From: Octopus bimaculoides
Taxonomy: Eukaryota
Assembly: GCF_001194135.2 (NCBI RefSeq)
Contig: NC_069002.1
Coordinates: 28,544,718-28,608,717 of the forward strand
Length of the DNA: 64,000 nt
Reading direction: 5' to 3'
Position numbers and translations under genes: made by a program. The notes beneath the pieces are model-generated. The model ran no database searches, was not told where the DNA came from, and saw only the letters and a program-made list of their open reading frames with translations. Positions 1 through 13,978 of the stretch are shown here, piece after piece (the first letter of the stretch is position 1; each line of letters starts with the position of its first letter).

Positions 1-55
<55 letters not shown>

Positions 56-165
56 CATGTGCATGCATATATATGCGTGTATACATATACACGTGTGTGT
101 ATATGCACACACATTTTGTACACATATACATATGCATTATGTGTACACACTGCATACTTATATAT
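1..165. repeat. Mixed (TA)n/(CA)n/(TG)n microsatellite
   Basis: Visible dinucleotide runs. Confidence 0.9.
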
Positions 166-645
166 ATGGCAGTAATGATTTGAAGAAGAGCTGAATTATT
201 ATCACCTTGTATTCATAGAGTAAAATATCGTTTGTGTAAGTCGCAGCATCCTTGGTTTCAAAGGGAATAGTTCTTAGAGTGACCTCTATTATATGGTATT
301 TAAGATGTTTGGAGTATTTCCACAAGAACCAGAAATGAAATTGAAACGTGAACTCGAAACAACCGTTTTACCCGGATCTCAAGCAAGATTGTATTAAGGA
401 GAGAAAAAATACTAATAAATGTTTTCTTGATAACGTCTGTATAATATTTCAAGATATATTCAAACAATTTATATTTCAAGAGAAAACAGGCTTAGATTAC
501 CATCTGGACTTTTGGAAACGCGGAACTCAGAGTACTGGCAACTATAAGTTTTTTCAGTCATAATGTATTTTAGAATAACACACCCCCTTTTAATGTGTTA
601 CGTAATTTATTGCTTCTCTGCGAACCAACAGAAATACTCGTATGT

Positions 646-1027
646 CGTGGTACTCCGTCGGTTACGATGACGAGGGTTCCAGATGATCCGATCAACGGAA
701 CAGCCAGCACGTGAAACTAATGTGCAACTGGCTGAGCATTCCACAGACACGTGTACCTTTAACGTAGTTCTCGGGGAGATTCAGCGTGACACAGAGTGTG
801 ACATGGCTGGCTCTTTGAAATACAGGTACAACAGAAACAGGAAGAAGGAGTGAGAGAAAGTTGTGGTGAGAGAGAGTACAGCAGGGTTCGCCACCAGTCC
901 CTACCGGAACCTCGTGGAGCTTCAGGTGTTTTTGCTCAAACACTCACAACGCCCGGTCTGGGAATCGAAACCACGATCCAACACCCGCGAGTCCGCTGCC
1001 CTAACCACTGAGCCATTGCGTCTCCAC
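646..1027 (-). mobile_element. tRNA-derived SINE, family A (near full length)
   Basis: Reverse complement begins GTGGAGACGCAATGGCTCAGTGGTTAGGG (A box) ... GTTTCGATTCC (B box); colinear with copies at 18793-19160 and 43071-43385. Confidence 0.9.
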
Positions 1028-1336
1028 ACACGTATATATACACATATACATACCTGCATACATACACGTCAATGAGTATCATATTTTGCTCCCACGTGTA
1101 AGAAACCCCTCCTTTATTCATTGTAACATAATAATAGACCCGCGAAATAGTCAAAGATGATTCTGCCTGGAACGAAAAGCTTAGCGAAAGGCTTGGTAAT
1201 TCTCTCAAAAGAAAATTAGATATGCGTTGGTGTGATATTCCTTGACTAATTATTTTATCATCGATCGCAGCATTTTAAAATAATAAAGATTATTTCTTGC
1301 AATATAAACGTCTCCTGCTCGTTTTCTGCTTTACAG

Positions 1337-1375
1337 GTGAATGCACAATTGCACATGCATTTCATGTTTAGCCAT
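1337..1375 (+). CDS. Candidate 39-nt exon (UTR or coding) of an unidentified host gene
   Basis: Polypyrimidine acceptor CTCGTTTTCTGCTTTACAG and consensus donor GTGAGT; only the phase-0 frame is open (VNAQLHMHFMFSH); no homology recognised. Confidence 0.3.
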
Positions 1376-1900
1376 GTGAGTGAATTTGTCAGACTTCCTC
1401 ATAAAGAATTTGTAAACCATTTTCTCCTAAAAACGAACTTGTATGCAAAATAGAATTCATTAAATCAGTATTTATGGATGTCTAGATGAGAACATATTGG
1501 ATTATGTTAATGGCCCTTCCCTTCAGCTATTTTATGTTGTGTATGAGTTTGCTTCCGCGCATCTAGGTACGTACACAGGTATGACTGTAAGTATGTATGT
1601 TAATGCGTATGTATCAGATGCATGGATAAATGGATGCTCTTGAAAGGGATGCAAAAACTGATGTTATATATGTGTATGTGTACTGGGGAGAGAGTGAGAG
1701 CGGTTTAGCAGAGCTAAAAAACATGAATATCCATAGTATCTTTCAATACTTTTAATCGGCAGCAAGTCACAAAACAGACTCAAAGACCGTTAGATTCGTA
1801 TATGGCACTTATAGGAATAAGTCACTTAAAAAAAAAAAACAGCAAGTTTATACCGATTATAGATAACAAAAAAGTGTGTGTCGATTATTATCGTAGTATT

Positions 1901-2560
1901 AAGGCGAAGAGCTGGCAGAATCGTTAGCACGCCGGGCGAAATGCTTAGTGGTATTTCGTCTGCCGTTACGTTCTGAGTTCAAATTCCGCCGAGGTTGACT
2001 TTGTCTTCCATCCTTTCGGGGTCGATTAAATAAGTACCAGTTACGCTCTGGGGTCGATGTAATCGACTTATCCTCTGCTCGCAAATTTCAGGCCTTGTGC
2101 TTATAATAGAAAGGATTATTATTATTATTATTATTATTATTAAGGTGGTGAGCTGGCAGAGTCGTTAGCACGCCGGGCAAAATGCTTAGCAACATTTCAT
2201 CCAACTTTACATTCTGAGTTCAAATTCCGCCGAGGTCGACTTCGCCTTTCATCCTTTCAAGGTCGATGAAATACTAGCCCTCTCCTCCCAAATTTCATGC
2301 CTTGCTCCTTTAGTAGAAAGAATTCTTCTTCTCCTTAGTAATATTGTCAAGGCTGTGAGCTGGCAGAATCGTCAGCGTGCCGGACGAAATGCTTAGCGGT
2401 ATTTCGACCGTCGCTACGGAGCTCAAATTCCGCCGAGGTCAACTTTACCATTCATCCTTTCGCAGTTGATAAAATAAGTAGCAGTTGAACACTGTGGTTG
2501 ATGTAATCGACTCGTCCCCTCTCCCAAAATTGCTGCCCTTGTGGCAAAATTTGAAACCAT
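1901..2560 (+). mobile_element. Three head-to-tail copies of tRNA-derived SINE family B (about 1901, 2142, 2349)
   Basis: Each starts AAGG..GAGCTGGCAGA.TCGT.AGC (A box), has GAG(T/C)TCAAATTCC (B box) and a central GAGGTCGACTT..CCTTTCATCCTTT..GGTCGAT-type domain; the first two are separated by (ATT)n. Confidence 0.9.
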
Positions 2561-3220
2561 TGTTGCTTTCATCATCAATATCATCATTATTATTATTATT
2601 GTTAACAACTGAGTTTGTTATAGGAGTGAACTTATGGGCCTAGGCTTTCATGTTACAGCACTTAAAGTTTGATAGCTATTAAACACGAATCTCTAGGCCT
2701 TTGAGCCGGTCGTGTTGCAGTCGTAGCTGAAGAAAGATGATATAACTTGCACTTCACGTACTCAACTCCCTTTCACTCGTTTATAATACCAAACACACCT
2801 ACGCACACATGAACACTTGGTAATTAGACGCACACACCCACCGCAGGTTATAATCACAATTAGTCCAAACGAGAGAGATCTCTTTCACCGTGTTCCTCTT
2901 TCACCTGCATGCGTTTATTCATGTATATAACTAGATGCAGCTCCATTTAGTACGACATATACCATGTGATTTTGGAATTTGCCAAAATCACCTGATGACG
3001 TGGGATAGCTGCCAATGATCCCTGCTACGTTCGTATCACTTGATGTAGAAAGCCGCTGGAGTTACTGCATGTTTCGTTTATATTTCAACACATGGCAACA
3101 GGCTCAACGTATAATTTAAATCTAGATGGGAGCATATATAAATCAAACTCTTACAAGCTGTTGCATCATTTATTCTGGTTCGTCTTGTTTATGTTGCTGA
3201 AAAACTGTACACAACGTAAC

Positions 3221-3930
<710 letters not shown>

Positions 3931-4413
3931 ATATATAGAATTATGTATACAAAGAGTGGTAAAATCGCAGACCGGCATCTGAAACACAGCACGGTAGTTC
4001 TATGAACGAAATTCCATATATTTACTTGCTAAACTCGGGCGAATCTTTATTATCTTTCTCTGACGAAGCAGGATGATTCCATGCCGAAATCCAGGCCCTT
4101 ATAAGAGTTAAGTCTAATCTAGATATTTATTTGTTATCATGTGTGTCTCGTTTGTTGATTTGCCAATTTGTGTTCGTGTGTGTGTATGTGTGTGTAAAAT
4201 TCAATACCTGAAAGAGGGAAATTATGCTACTTTCACTGAAAGGCAGACGATGGCACTTACAGACATAGATAAAACCTCCAACCATCCCCATCCCAGTCAT
4301 GATAAAGAATCTAGTAGAAAGAAGAAATCGGAAAACATCCTACTTACTTTCCCACAAGGTTATTTTTAACCGTGTCGACCCCATTATAATACTAAAACAC
4401 AGCGTTAATGAAC

Positions 4414-5067
4414 AGCTGTGTGGTAGTAAGTTTGTTTCCCAAGCACATGGTTCCGGGCTCCGACCCTCTGCGTGGAACCTTGGGCAAGTGTCCTCTACTA
4501 CAGCCTCAGGTCAACGAAAGCCTTGTGAGTGAATTTAGTAGACGGAAACTGAAAGAAGACTGTCGTATACATGTTGTATGCATGTGTTTCCTTGTGTGTG
4601 TTTGTTCACCCCCCACCATCGCTTGACAACCAAATGTTAGTGTGTTTACCTTCTCGTAACGTAACGGTTTGGCAAAAGAGACCGATAGAATAGGTATCAA
4701 GCTTTGAAGAAAAAGAACAAGCACTCGGATCGATTCATTTGACTAGAAATTATTCAAGTCGGTGCCCCAGCATGGCCGCTGTCTAATGATTGAAACAAGT
4801 TAAAAAAAAAAGAATTTCCAATCAGAGACACACACAAAATAATTCGTCCAAAAAGAAGAACACTACGAGTATAATGCCATCATACAGGAGTGACTGTGTA
4901 GTAAGTAGCTTGCTTACCAACCACATGGTTCCGGGTTCAGTCCCATTGCGTGGCACTTTGGGCAAGTGTCTTCTACTATAATCTCGCTCTGACCAAAGCC
5001 TTGTGAATGGATTTGGTAAACGGAAACTGAAAGAAGCCAGTCGTATGTGTGTGTGTGTGTATATATG

Positions 5068-5108
<41 letters not shown>

Positions 5109-5310
5109 TTGTCCCCCCGCACCATCGCTTGACAAGCAAATGTTGATGTGTTTATGTCCCCGTAACTTCGCGCGTTCGGTAAAAGAGATCCGATAGAATA
5201 AGTACAAGGCTTACAAACAATAAGTCCTGGGGTCGATTTTCTCGGCTAAAGGCGGTGCTCCAGCATGGCTGCAGTCAAATGACAAGTAAATAAAAGAATA
5301 AAAGAAAAAA
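4414..5310 (+). mobile_element. Two tandem copies of tRNA-derived SINE family C (CORE-like central box, internal TG microsatellite)
   Basis: CACATGGTTCCGGG.TC (B-box region), CCTTGGGCAAGTGTC central box and a 3' part ending CAGCATGGC.GC.GTC.AATGA; many other copies in the window. Confidence 0.85.
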
Positions 5311-6214
5311 AAATAGTAAGAGCGTAACAANNNNNNNNNNAATATTCCCGTCATTAGATGAACATTTCCTATTCACAAATTTTAAATAATGCAGAAACCA
5401 GTTATTGTTGCTGGGAAAATATTGCTTCACAGTTCTCGCAAGTCAAATGAAAACGTTTCTAGCATCTTCAATCTCATCCACCAGCCAGCTTGTAATTTCA
5501 GGGCTATCCGGTATTTCTCACTAAAATGCTTATGAATTGTTAAGGTAGTGATAAATAGAACTAATATTACACAACTGATAGTATTTCGAGAAAGTACACA
5601 GGACTGACAAAGTATACATTTAAGAAAAGTTTTAACCTGCATGTAGATTCCTTAAAGTCTAGACATAGGTGTAACACTACTTCTCTATAAATGAAAGACA
5701 TTAGATTTGAAAATGTCGCTAAAGGCAGGAACGAACTAGATGCTGTACTCTGTAGATCAGTAAGGTAAAAACTACGTCGCGTTTATTGGATAAGATTTTC
5801 TAACACAATAATCAAAATCAATCAACAGAAAGGATTATACTTTGTGATTGTTAAAACAGAAAATTATTGAAGCTTTGTGCGTGTGTATCTTACTACACTC
5901 TAACCATGTTGTCTGAAATACACCTACACTACCGCTCTCCCGTCTGTTTACTTATTTGTCTACATTTCTATTTATATCTACTTCTATATTCATAAACCTT
6001 TTATGTATCCTTAATCTCTTACATCCATGAACCTTGAAAACTTTTACATCCACAAATCTATTACGGAAAATTAAACTTCTTCATACCTCCTTGCACTCTA
6101 CAACTTTTTGTTGTATTTTATCTTTTATTTTATTTCAATTTACTTTATTTATCTCGCCTTTACCATTCTAACCTTTCCTAAGAACAATTTTACCGTTAGC
6201 CTGCTTGCTTACTT

Positions 6215-6315
<101 letters not shown>

Positions 6316-6327
6316 CATATATACATA

Positions 6328-6990
6328 CAGGGCGCGGTGAATATATTGTCTAAATTACGCAAAAATGAAAATAACAGACATCTCATTTTAACAGATATAT
6401 TTACCAAAACTACATAAAAATATCTTGAAATACTAAAGAGTAAATTTATTCAATAAAATCGCCATTGGCTTCGACCACGGCTTCTCGACGACTTCGGAAT
6501 CTCCTGCAACTCTTCTGGACAGTCTCCTGGTTTAAGTTGGCAAATGCTGCCATAATCCTTGCCTTCAGTTCATCTTTGGTGTTACAAGAAGTTTTGTTGG
6601 TCTCTAGTTCAACTGCGCCCCACACATAATAATCAAGGGGGTTGCAGTCTGGGGAGTTAGGTGACCAGATGTTAGGGGTGATGTGGCCGCAGAAATTGTC
6701 TGACAGCTATGACTGGGTTCTGCTTGTGTGGCATGGTGCAGAGTCCTGTTGCCAGACATAGGGTCTTCCAGCAGCCACCCTCATGACCCAGGGTAGCACT
6801 ACCACCTCCAGGTTCTCCAGGTAGGTCTCCGTGTTGAATCTGACGCTGTGTGTGAAGATGGATGGAGGCATAACGTCGCCATCACTAGTGATCACTCCAA
6901 ACGCCATGAAGTTGACTGGATGTTTGATTTTTATCACTCTCGGTGCATGTTCTCAGATTGACACCCAAACTCTCTGAAATGTTCGTATTA
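6328..6990 (-). mobile_element. Tc1/mariner maT-type (DD37D-like) transposase 3' relic with TIR
   Basis: Minus strand reads VWQQDSAPCHTSRTQS*LSDNFCGHITPNIWSPNSPDCNPLDYYVWGAV...ELKARIMAAF; TA-CAGGGCG terminus at 6326-6334; contains stop/deletion. Confidence 0.85.
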
Positions 6991-7844
6991 GAGCTTATGG
7001 CGCGAATGTCAAGCAGTACAGCATGTCGATTCCAAATTTCTGGCATCGCACCACGTATATTTTATATATATGTGTGAGTATATGCATACATACATGCATA
7101 CACTCGCGTACATGCACTAGAGGAGCTATACAAAGCGAGTTGTGAAAAAGTCAATAAACAAGCACTTTTTTTTTTTGTCACGTTATGAAATTATATCAGA
7201 GCTTTCTGCGGCGGTTTAGGACAAGGATTGGTTTAGACTATTTAATTTTTATTTAATAATTTTCATGACATCTCGTTCACCTCTCCCTTCAAAACTGCCA
7301 ATGATATTAGTGGAAAGACTATTTTTTAAAAGATATAAAGATGACATGTGACTGTCACAGTATATTTACTTAATGATGCAATCTCAGTTTATTGGTAATT
7401 GCAGATTTGATAAGTAGCTAGATACTTGTGTTAATAGCTGTGGAAACGTATTAGACATGTAAGCTGTGTTAATATTTTTTATTTATATACGAATAATAAA
7501 GAGATATTTTTATTTGCTTCAGCTGCTATTTCATTAAACAATACATTATTCATAGTCTTCAAACGAAAACATTTTGACCTTAGATGTCTATATGTTTCTC
7601 ACTAGTCAACAACGAAGTATGGTTTTAATAATTGTAAGAGAAAAGTAATCGTTTGTTGAAGTAAATTTCATATTTAAATGTAATCTGCTTAAGTTAACTT
7701 GATCAACACTTAGAAATAAAATATAAATATCTTATTGATTGCTATTAGTGCAACGTTATTAATGGTTTAACTGTGTGCGTGTCCATCCTCATTCACATAG
7801 CTTTTGCTGGGTAACGACAAAGCGACAAATTTGACCCCATTGTA

Positions 7845-7878
<34 letters not shown>

Positions 7879-8691
7879 NNNNNNNNNNNNNNNNNNNNNN
7901 NNNNNNNNNNNNNNNNNNNNNNNNNNNNNNNNNNNNNNNNNNNNNNNNNNNNNNNNNNNNNNNNNNNNNNNNNNNNNNNNNNNNNNNNNNNNNNNNNNNN
8001 NNNNNNNNNNNNNNNNNNNNNNNNNNNNNNNNNNNNNNNNNNNNNNNNNNNNNNNNNNNNNNNNNNNNNNNNNNNNNNNNNNNNNNNNNNNNNNNNNNNN
8101 NNNNNNNNNNNNNNNNNNNNNNNNNNNNNNNNNNNNNNNNNNNNNNNNNNNNNNNNNNNNNNNNNNNNNNNNNNNNNNNNNNNNNNNNNNNNNNNNNNNN
8201 NNNNNNNNNNNNNNNNNNNNNNNNNNNNNNNNNNNNNNNNNNNNNNNNNNNNNNNNNNNNNNNNNNNNNNNNNNNNNNNNNNNNNNNNNNNNNNNNNNNN
8301 NNNNNNNNNNNNNNNNNNNNNNNNNNNNNNNNNNNNNNNNNNNNNNNNNNNNNNNNNNNNNNNNNNNNNNNNNNNNNNNNNNNNNNNNNNNNNNNNNNNN
8401 NNNNNNNNNNNNNNNNNNNNNNNNNNNNNNNNNNNNNNNNNNNNNNNNNNNNNNNNNNNNNNNNNNNNNNNNNNNNNNNNNNNNNNNNNNNNNNNNNNNN
8501 NNNNNNNNNNNNNNNNNNNNNNNNNNNNNNNNNNNNNNNNNNNNNNNNNNNNNNNNNNNNNNNNNNNNNNNNNNNNNNNNNNNNNNNNNNNNNNNNNNNN
8601 NNNNNNNNNNNNNNNNNNNNNNNNNNNNNNNNNNNNNNNNNNNNNNNNNNNNNNNNNNNNNNNNNNNNNNNNNNNNNNNNNNNNNNNNNNN
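7879..8691. other. Scaffold gap (N run); others at about 5331, 13267, 15808, 22607, 25277, 26499, 42281, 44060, 45467
   Basis: Runs of N, mostly flanked by (TA)n or repeat ends; ORFs spanning them are artefacts. Confidence 0.99.
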
Positions 8692-8753
8692 CTCTATTTA
8701 TACATATACAAACATATACATACACATATACACAAAGAAATATGTCTACCTAC

Positions 8754-8807
<54 letters not shown>

Positions 8808-9276
8808 TTTCAGAGTTTCTCTCACATCTTAAACACACGTGCGCAAATATAAAGAGGCGTGTGCACATGCACACATATCTATGTATATGTATGTACTTGT
8901 GTCAGTGTGCGTGTGTATTTCCGTTTGACTCTCATACATAGACATACACGCGCAGGCACACACGCACAATGGAAAACAATAATTCTTCAAATGAAATCCG
9001 TGTCCCTTTCTGCGTTTGGAAATCGTGGTTTTCTTCGGAAGATTTATACTTTAGTCATTCGATACTATTGACAGAACTACTGAACAACTTCTTTTACTAC
9101 GACTGCGATATCTCAATGAGTTCTATATATGTCATCCCTGCACTTCGTAAAGAAGCCGTATAAATCTGATACCATTCTTCGTATAACCATCCACCTTATC
9201 TGCGTTATCCAAACCCACCAGCATCCACAATGATTCAGAATAGTTCAATCGAAAACTACGCTGTATAAGTAACAGA

Positions 9277-9902
9277 TTTTGGCACAAGGCCAGAAATTTG
9301 GGTCAGTTGGTGAGGCAATTATATCGACCCCATTACTCAAATGGTACTTATTTTATCGCCCCCGGAAGGGGTGAAGGGCAAAGTTGACCTCGGCTGAGTT
9401 TGAACTCAGAATGTGAAGACGAACGAAATGCCGTTAAGAATTTTGACCGGCGTGTTTAACGATTCTCCCAGAGCACCGCCTCAGTGATGATGATAATATT
9501 GGTTTTAAATTTTGGAACAGGGCCGGCAAATTGGGGGGAGGTAGTAAATAGATTATATCGACCCTAGTACTCAAATGGGGCTTATTTTATCGATCCCAAA
9601 AGGATGAAAGGCAAAGTCAACTTCAGCAGAATTTGAACTCAGAACGTAAGGTCGGATGATTCTGCCTGCTCACCACCTTAAAGTACGCTGTAATTGTTGA
9701 TTGTCGATTTTTGCACAAGGCCAGCAATTTCGGGGGAGAGGCGGGAGTTGGTCGATTACATCAACCGGTTCCTATTTTATCGACTACGAAAGGATGAATG
9801 GTAATATTGACCTCGGCGGAATTTGAACTCAACGTAAAGACGGGCGAAATATCGCTAAGTATATTGCCTCGCATGTTAACGATTTTACATGCTCGCCGCT
9901 TT
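9277..9902 (-). mobile_element. Three tandem SINE family B copies
   Basis: Repeated GAATTTGAACTCAGAA-type B-box complements and family B body at about 9277-9483, 9500-9681, 9707-9902. Confidence 0.85.
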
Positions 9903-10674
9903 AGAGCTACGCTGTCATTATTACAGGCAAGAAACATGGACTACGACATACGAAGCATGTCATAAGGCGCCAATAATACGGAGGCATCCAATCATTTAGC
10001 TAAACCTACAAAATGATAACTGGAGAAGTAAAGTATATTTTCGTGTATTCCGTAATTTGCAGTCACATCTGTTATCTTGTTCAGCGGACTTTTCTGACTT
10101 TACGAAAATCTCATAATTGCCATTCTGTAAAACAAGATAATTCTCTATGCAACATTCCTGCTGATAAAACGATCTTGTTTTGCTGCCATCTTTAACTTTC
10201 AATTGTAAACTTTACACACACACACGCACACACAATAATTCCTTTTATATTCTCCTTCATGAAGCCAACTTGCCTCAATATATTCGTGCATACATTCACC
10301 ATGTGCGAAAACGTCACCGGAAACTAGGTGACAACATTTCTCCCACCACTATTAGTGGTCCAACTGCGTGGCATCTTGAGCAAATGTCTTCTACAATAGC
10401 CCCGGGGCCACCACAGCCTTGTGACTCCATTTGAGAGGCGGAAACAAAGAAAACCGTCATATATATCTGTCTTTATTAGATATTTACATATCATGAATTG
10501 GAATGTTAATAAAACGCTGGAGTAGTTTATTTTTATATATGTATTTTATGGTTTTGAACGGTCTAGCGTTCTAGTGATTTTTCATTCTATTATTATTTGT
10601 TCGTACCTGTCTGGGCTATGTAAGTTTTTTTAATATTTTTGTTGGTCGTAATTATTCATACCAGTATGTAATTC

Positions 10675-10748
10675 CTGACGAGGAATCTAATTTTTATTTC
10701 AAGAAGGATTCTTTGTTTTTGTCTTTGGAATTAATTAGACTCCGAAAC
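10675..10748 (+). ncRNA. Degenerate hammerhead-ribozyme-like motif with long stem II
   Basis: CTGACGA + GGAATCTAATT...AATTAGACTCC (11-position stem, one mismatch) + GAAAC; cleavage triplet and stem I not intact. Confidence 0.45.
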
Positions 10749-11646
10749 AATTTCTTGATTTTTATATTGGATCTGTACCAACTTGGATTATGAACTAAAG
10801 ATCGTCTACAACTGTATTTTTCCCTTCCTTATACTTCATATATATATATATGCATCAATGTGTGTGTGTGCGTCCATTTGATCCACCACTACTTGACAAC
10901 CGGTGTTTAGTGTTTGCATTCCCGTTACATAGCGGTTCGGCCAAAGAGAGTACCAAGCTTCAAAAAAGTACCGGAGTTGATTCGTTCGACTAAAATTATT
11001 CAAGCGGTGCCAATCTGACTGAAACTATATAATAAAAACCTCAAAAAGCCTTAAAGCATTGTGAAATATAGCTGTCCAGGGTTTCTTAGCCGAAATATTA
11101 ATTTATATCGCCATTTATGAAGCTGGTAAAGACAACAAGACGGTTTAGAAATACAGGGAATATAACTTCATAGTAAATATAACCAGGCTCTTACGAATAT
11201 AAAAAATAATGCAAGCTAGCACTAGAATGCTTCATGATGTATCTAGTGACTTATTCTGAATTTCCGCTAAGATATATTTTCTTAAATGTGAACATGAAGA
11301 AAATATCTCGCTTTTATACAGTCACTAAAGGTTCTAAATTTTTGTTTTTACTTGCTAGATAAATGGCGAAATTAATATTTCAGCCAGAAAACCCTCGGTA
11401 TTTCATAAGGCTTTTTGTGGTTTTTATAATATCGTCACTTTCTTAACCGACCGAGTGCTATACTATTTATTGAAAATTCTACGAGAGAGAGAGAGTTTTA
11501 TTGCAGTGTGCATAAATATACATCTGCATGTATGCATCTGCATGTATGCATCTTCGTGCATCATTATCAACGAATTAATCAACCAATCACAGATCGATAG
11601 TTAATCGAATTGCTTCTTGTCTCTGTTGTTCTCTTTATTCGTACAG

Positions 11647-11798
11647 ACTTTCATTTCCGGTCTAATTTTTAATGGATGTTTTTCTCCGTCCATTTTCCAT
11701 CCTAACAGATGGCGTCCGTACCATCTCCGAACAATTTCAACACTTCATACCTTTACTGTTCTTAATAGCTTTTTCAATTTTGTACTCTCAGACGTTCG
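11647..11798 (+). CDS. Candidate exon with ATG (11672) encoding a signal-peptide/TM-like stretch
   Basis: Strong pyrimidine acceptors at 11646 and 11708; ORF MDVFLRPFSILTDGVRTISEQFQHFIPLLFLIAFSILYSQTF(G); possible donor G|GTACTT at 11798; unspliced ORF stops at 11833. Confidence 0.3.
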
Positions 11799-12804
11799 GT
11801 ACTTTTCGTTCGTCTCAGAGCATTAAAGACTGATATTTCGGTACGTTTTTAAGCGGCCATGTTAACAACCAGCGCAATATAAAACTGTAATGTCGCAATT
11901 CATAATGCTCTTTCTTTAATTTAATCATGAAAGGATTTGTTTTTGTTTTGTTGTCTCAACGTTTTTTTTTGTTTTTATTTTTCATCTCCATCACACTTTG
12001 TTTTTCTCTCTAATTGACCAACTTTTTATGCTATTCACATTCTATGTTGTTTACATTGTGTCAATGTTTTCGCTTATTTCGTCTTTTTCTTTGTCTCTAC
12101 CGGTTAACATTAATCTAATAAACTGCCTGTCTGTCTTTATGTCTGTGTGTCTGTCTGTCTCTTTCTCTCTCTCTCTCTCCCTTTCTGTATCTGTCTGTCC
12201 GTCTCTGTGCACCTCTGTATCTGCATCACTCAGTACACCTGTCTGTCTCTCTGTACCTGTCTCCGTCACTACCTCTGTGCGTCTGTCTATCTCTCTCTGT
12301 ACTGGTCTCTCACTCTCTCTACTTTTGTCTTTCTGTCTCTCTCTCTCTCTCTCTCTCTGTTCTTTTGTCACTCTGCTTGTATGTATATAAAGTGTGGAAA
12401 ATATCCATTCCTTGATAACCGGTGTTACAGAAATTTTGAGGAATTGTGAATAAACAAAAATAAACGAATTGGATTTCGAACACTCACGCGGGTAAATCAG
12501 GCTACCAAGTTGATTTTTTATTACTCACAAAGGGCTCAATCAAGCTACCAAATATTAGGGCAGACAAAACAACGACAATATTTCGAAACTAAACTCGTAA
12601 TTCCACAAAAATAACAAAAGAAAAAAAAAAACTTCCAGAGAGCTCCTTATTACAACCAAACGATCATTTATGCAATAAATCGCATCATTTAGCAGACATC
12701 TTGAAATCAAAGTTATTTGCAGGCAATTTATCAGTTTTGTTAATGTCAGTATGTTTGCTGGACATAAGAAATGGCAACCAAGAAAAAGACATATCGTTTA
12801 TCTT

Positions 12805-13225
12805 TTATTCGTTTCAGTCAGACTGCGGCCATGCTGGAGCACCACCTCGAGGGATTCTAGGTGAACGAATCGACCCCAGCACTTCTTTTTATTTTCAAAG
12901 AGTGGGACTTATTGGAATATTTCGTCAAACTGCTTATGTTGTGGAGACATAAATAAACCAACACCAGTTGTCAAGCAGTGATAGGCGACAAAGACATCTA
13001 TCAACCTACATGTATGTGTGTGTCTGTGTGTGTGTGTGTGTCTCACCGCTTACTGATCAGAGGTGATTCGTTTGTGTCATTAGCGTTTCGATAGAGTGAA
13101 ACCGATAAAATAAATACCAGAATTATAAAAAAAATATCTAGGGTAGTTTTCATCGATAAAACTCTTCAAAGGATTGCTCCAATATGGCCGCAATGCTATG
13201 ACAAACAAGTAAAAGAGTAAAAGAA
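12805..13225. mobile_element. SINE family C 3' parts in opposite orientations around a TG tract
   Basis: CAGACTGCGGCCATGCTGGAGCACC (minus copy) and TGCTCCAATATGGCCGC (plus copy). Confidence 0.7.
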
Positions 13226-13743
13226 GACACGCGCGTGTACACACACACACACACACACACATATATNNNNNNNNNNNNNNNNNNNNNNNNNNNNNNNNNN
13301 NNNNNNNNNNNNNNNNNNNNNNNNNNNNNNNNNNNNNNNNNNNNNNNNNNNNNNNNNNNNNNNNNNNNNNNNNNNNNNNNNNNNNNNNNNNNNNNNNNNN
13401 NNNNNNNNNNNNNNNNNNNNNNNNNNNNNNNNNNNNNNNNNNNNNNNNNNNCCTCACGCACGCATGCACACACACCACTTTATCTTGAGTAAATTTATGT
13501 TTTTTCTCAGTCTTTTTGTTTCTCTCTCTTCTTTGTCCATCTCTCTTTCACCCTCTCTCTGTGTTTCTCTTTCTCTCTCTCGCAAACACAATCGCGTGTA
13601 CTCTCTCTCACGTTCAATAAACAAATTTCCTAATAGCTTGTTTATTAAAATAGGCAAGGCAGAAAGAGATAGCCCAGCCGTATGATCACACGTTCTCTTA
13701 TGTACGCAGACATTTTGTATGACGTGTGTGTGTGTGCGCGTGC

Positions 13744-13779
<36 letters not shown>

Positions 13780-13827
13780 ATATATATGCGTGTGCGTGCC
13801 TGTATATGTGTGTGTGATAATTTCCCA

Positions 13828-13978
13828 GTCTCTTCCCACCTTATATTAAAGTTTACAGGTGAGAAACTGTGATGTTCATACCCACCCTCATTATCAGATA
13901 AATCTGTGTATGGGTGTGATAATGTCTTCCCACCTGAGATTAATGTTTTCAGGTGAGAAGCTGTGATATTCAAGCCCC
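13828..13978. repeat. Diverged tandem duplication, period about 94 bp
   Basis: TCTTCCCACCT..TAA.GTTT.CAGGTGAGAA.CTGTGAT.TTCA occurs twice (CAGGTG at 13856 and 13950). Confidence 0.75.

Noticed and set aside
2992-3030. CTGATGA followed by a GGGAT/ATCCC hairpin
   Set aside because: No GAAA after stem II; CTGANGA is expected many times by chance in a window this size
7793-8725. ORFs of 180-370 aa spanning N runs (also 15685, 22502, 42020, 43891, 45284)
   Set aside because: Artefacts of scaffold gaps
13850-13975. CAGGTGAGAA repeats resembling C2H2 TGEK linkers
   Set aside because: Period is 94 rather than 84 nt and there is no Cys/His pattern
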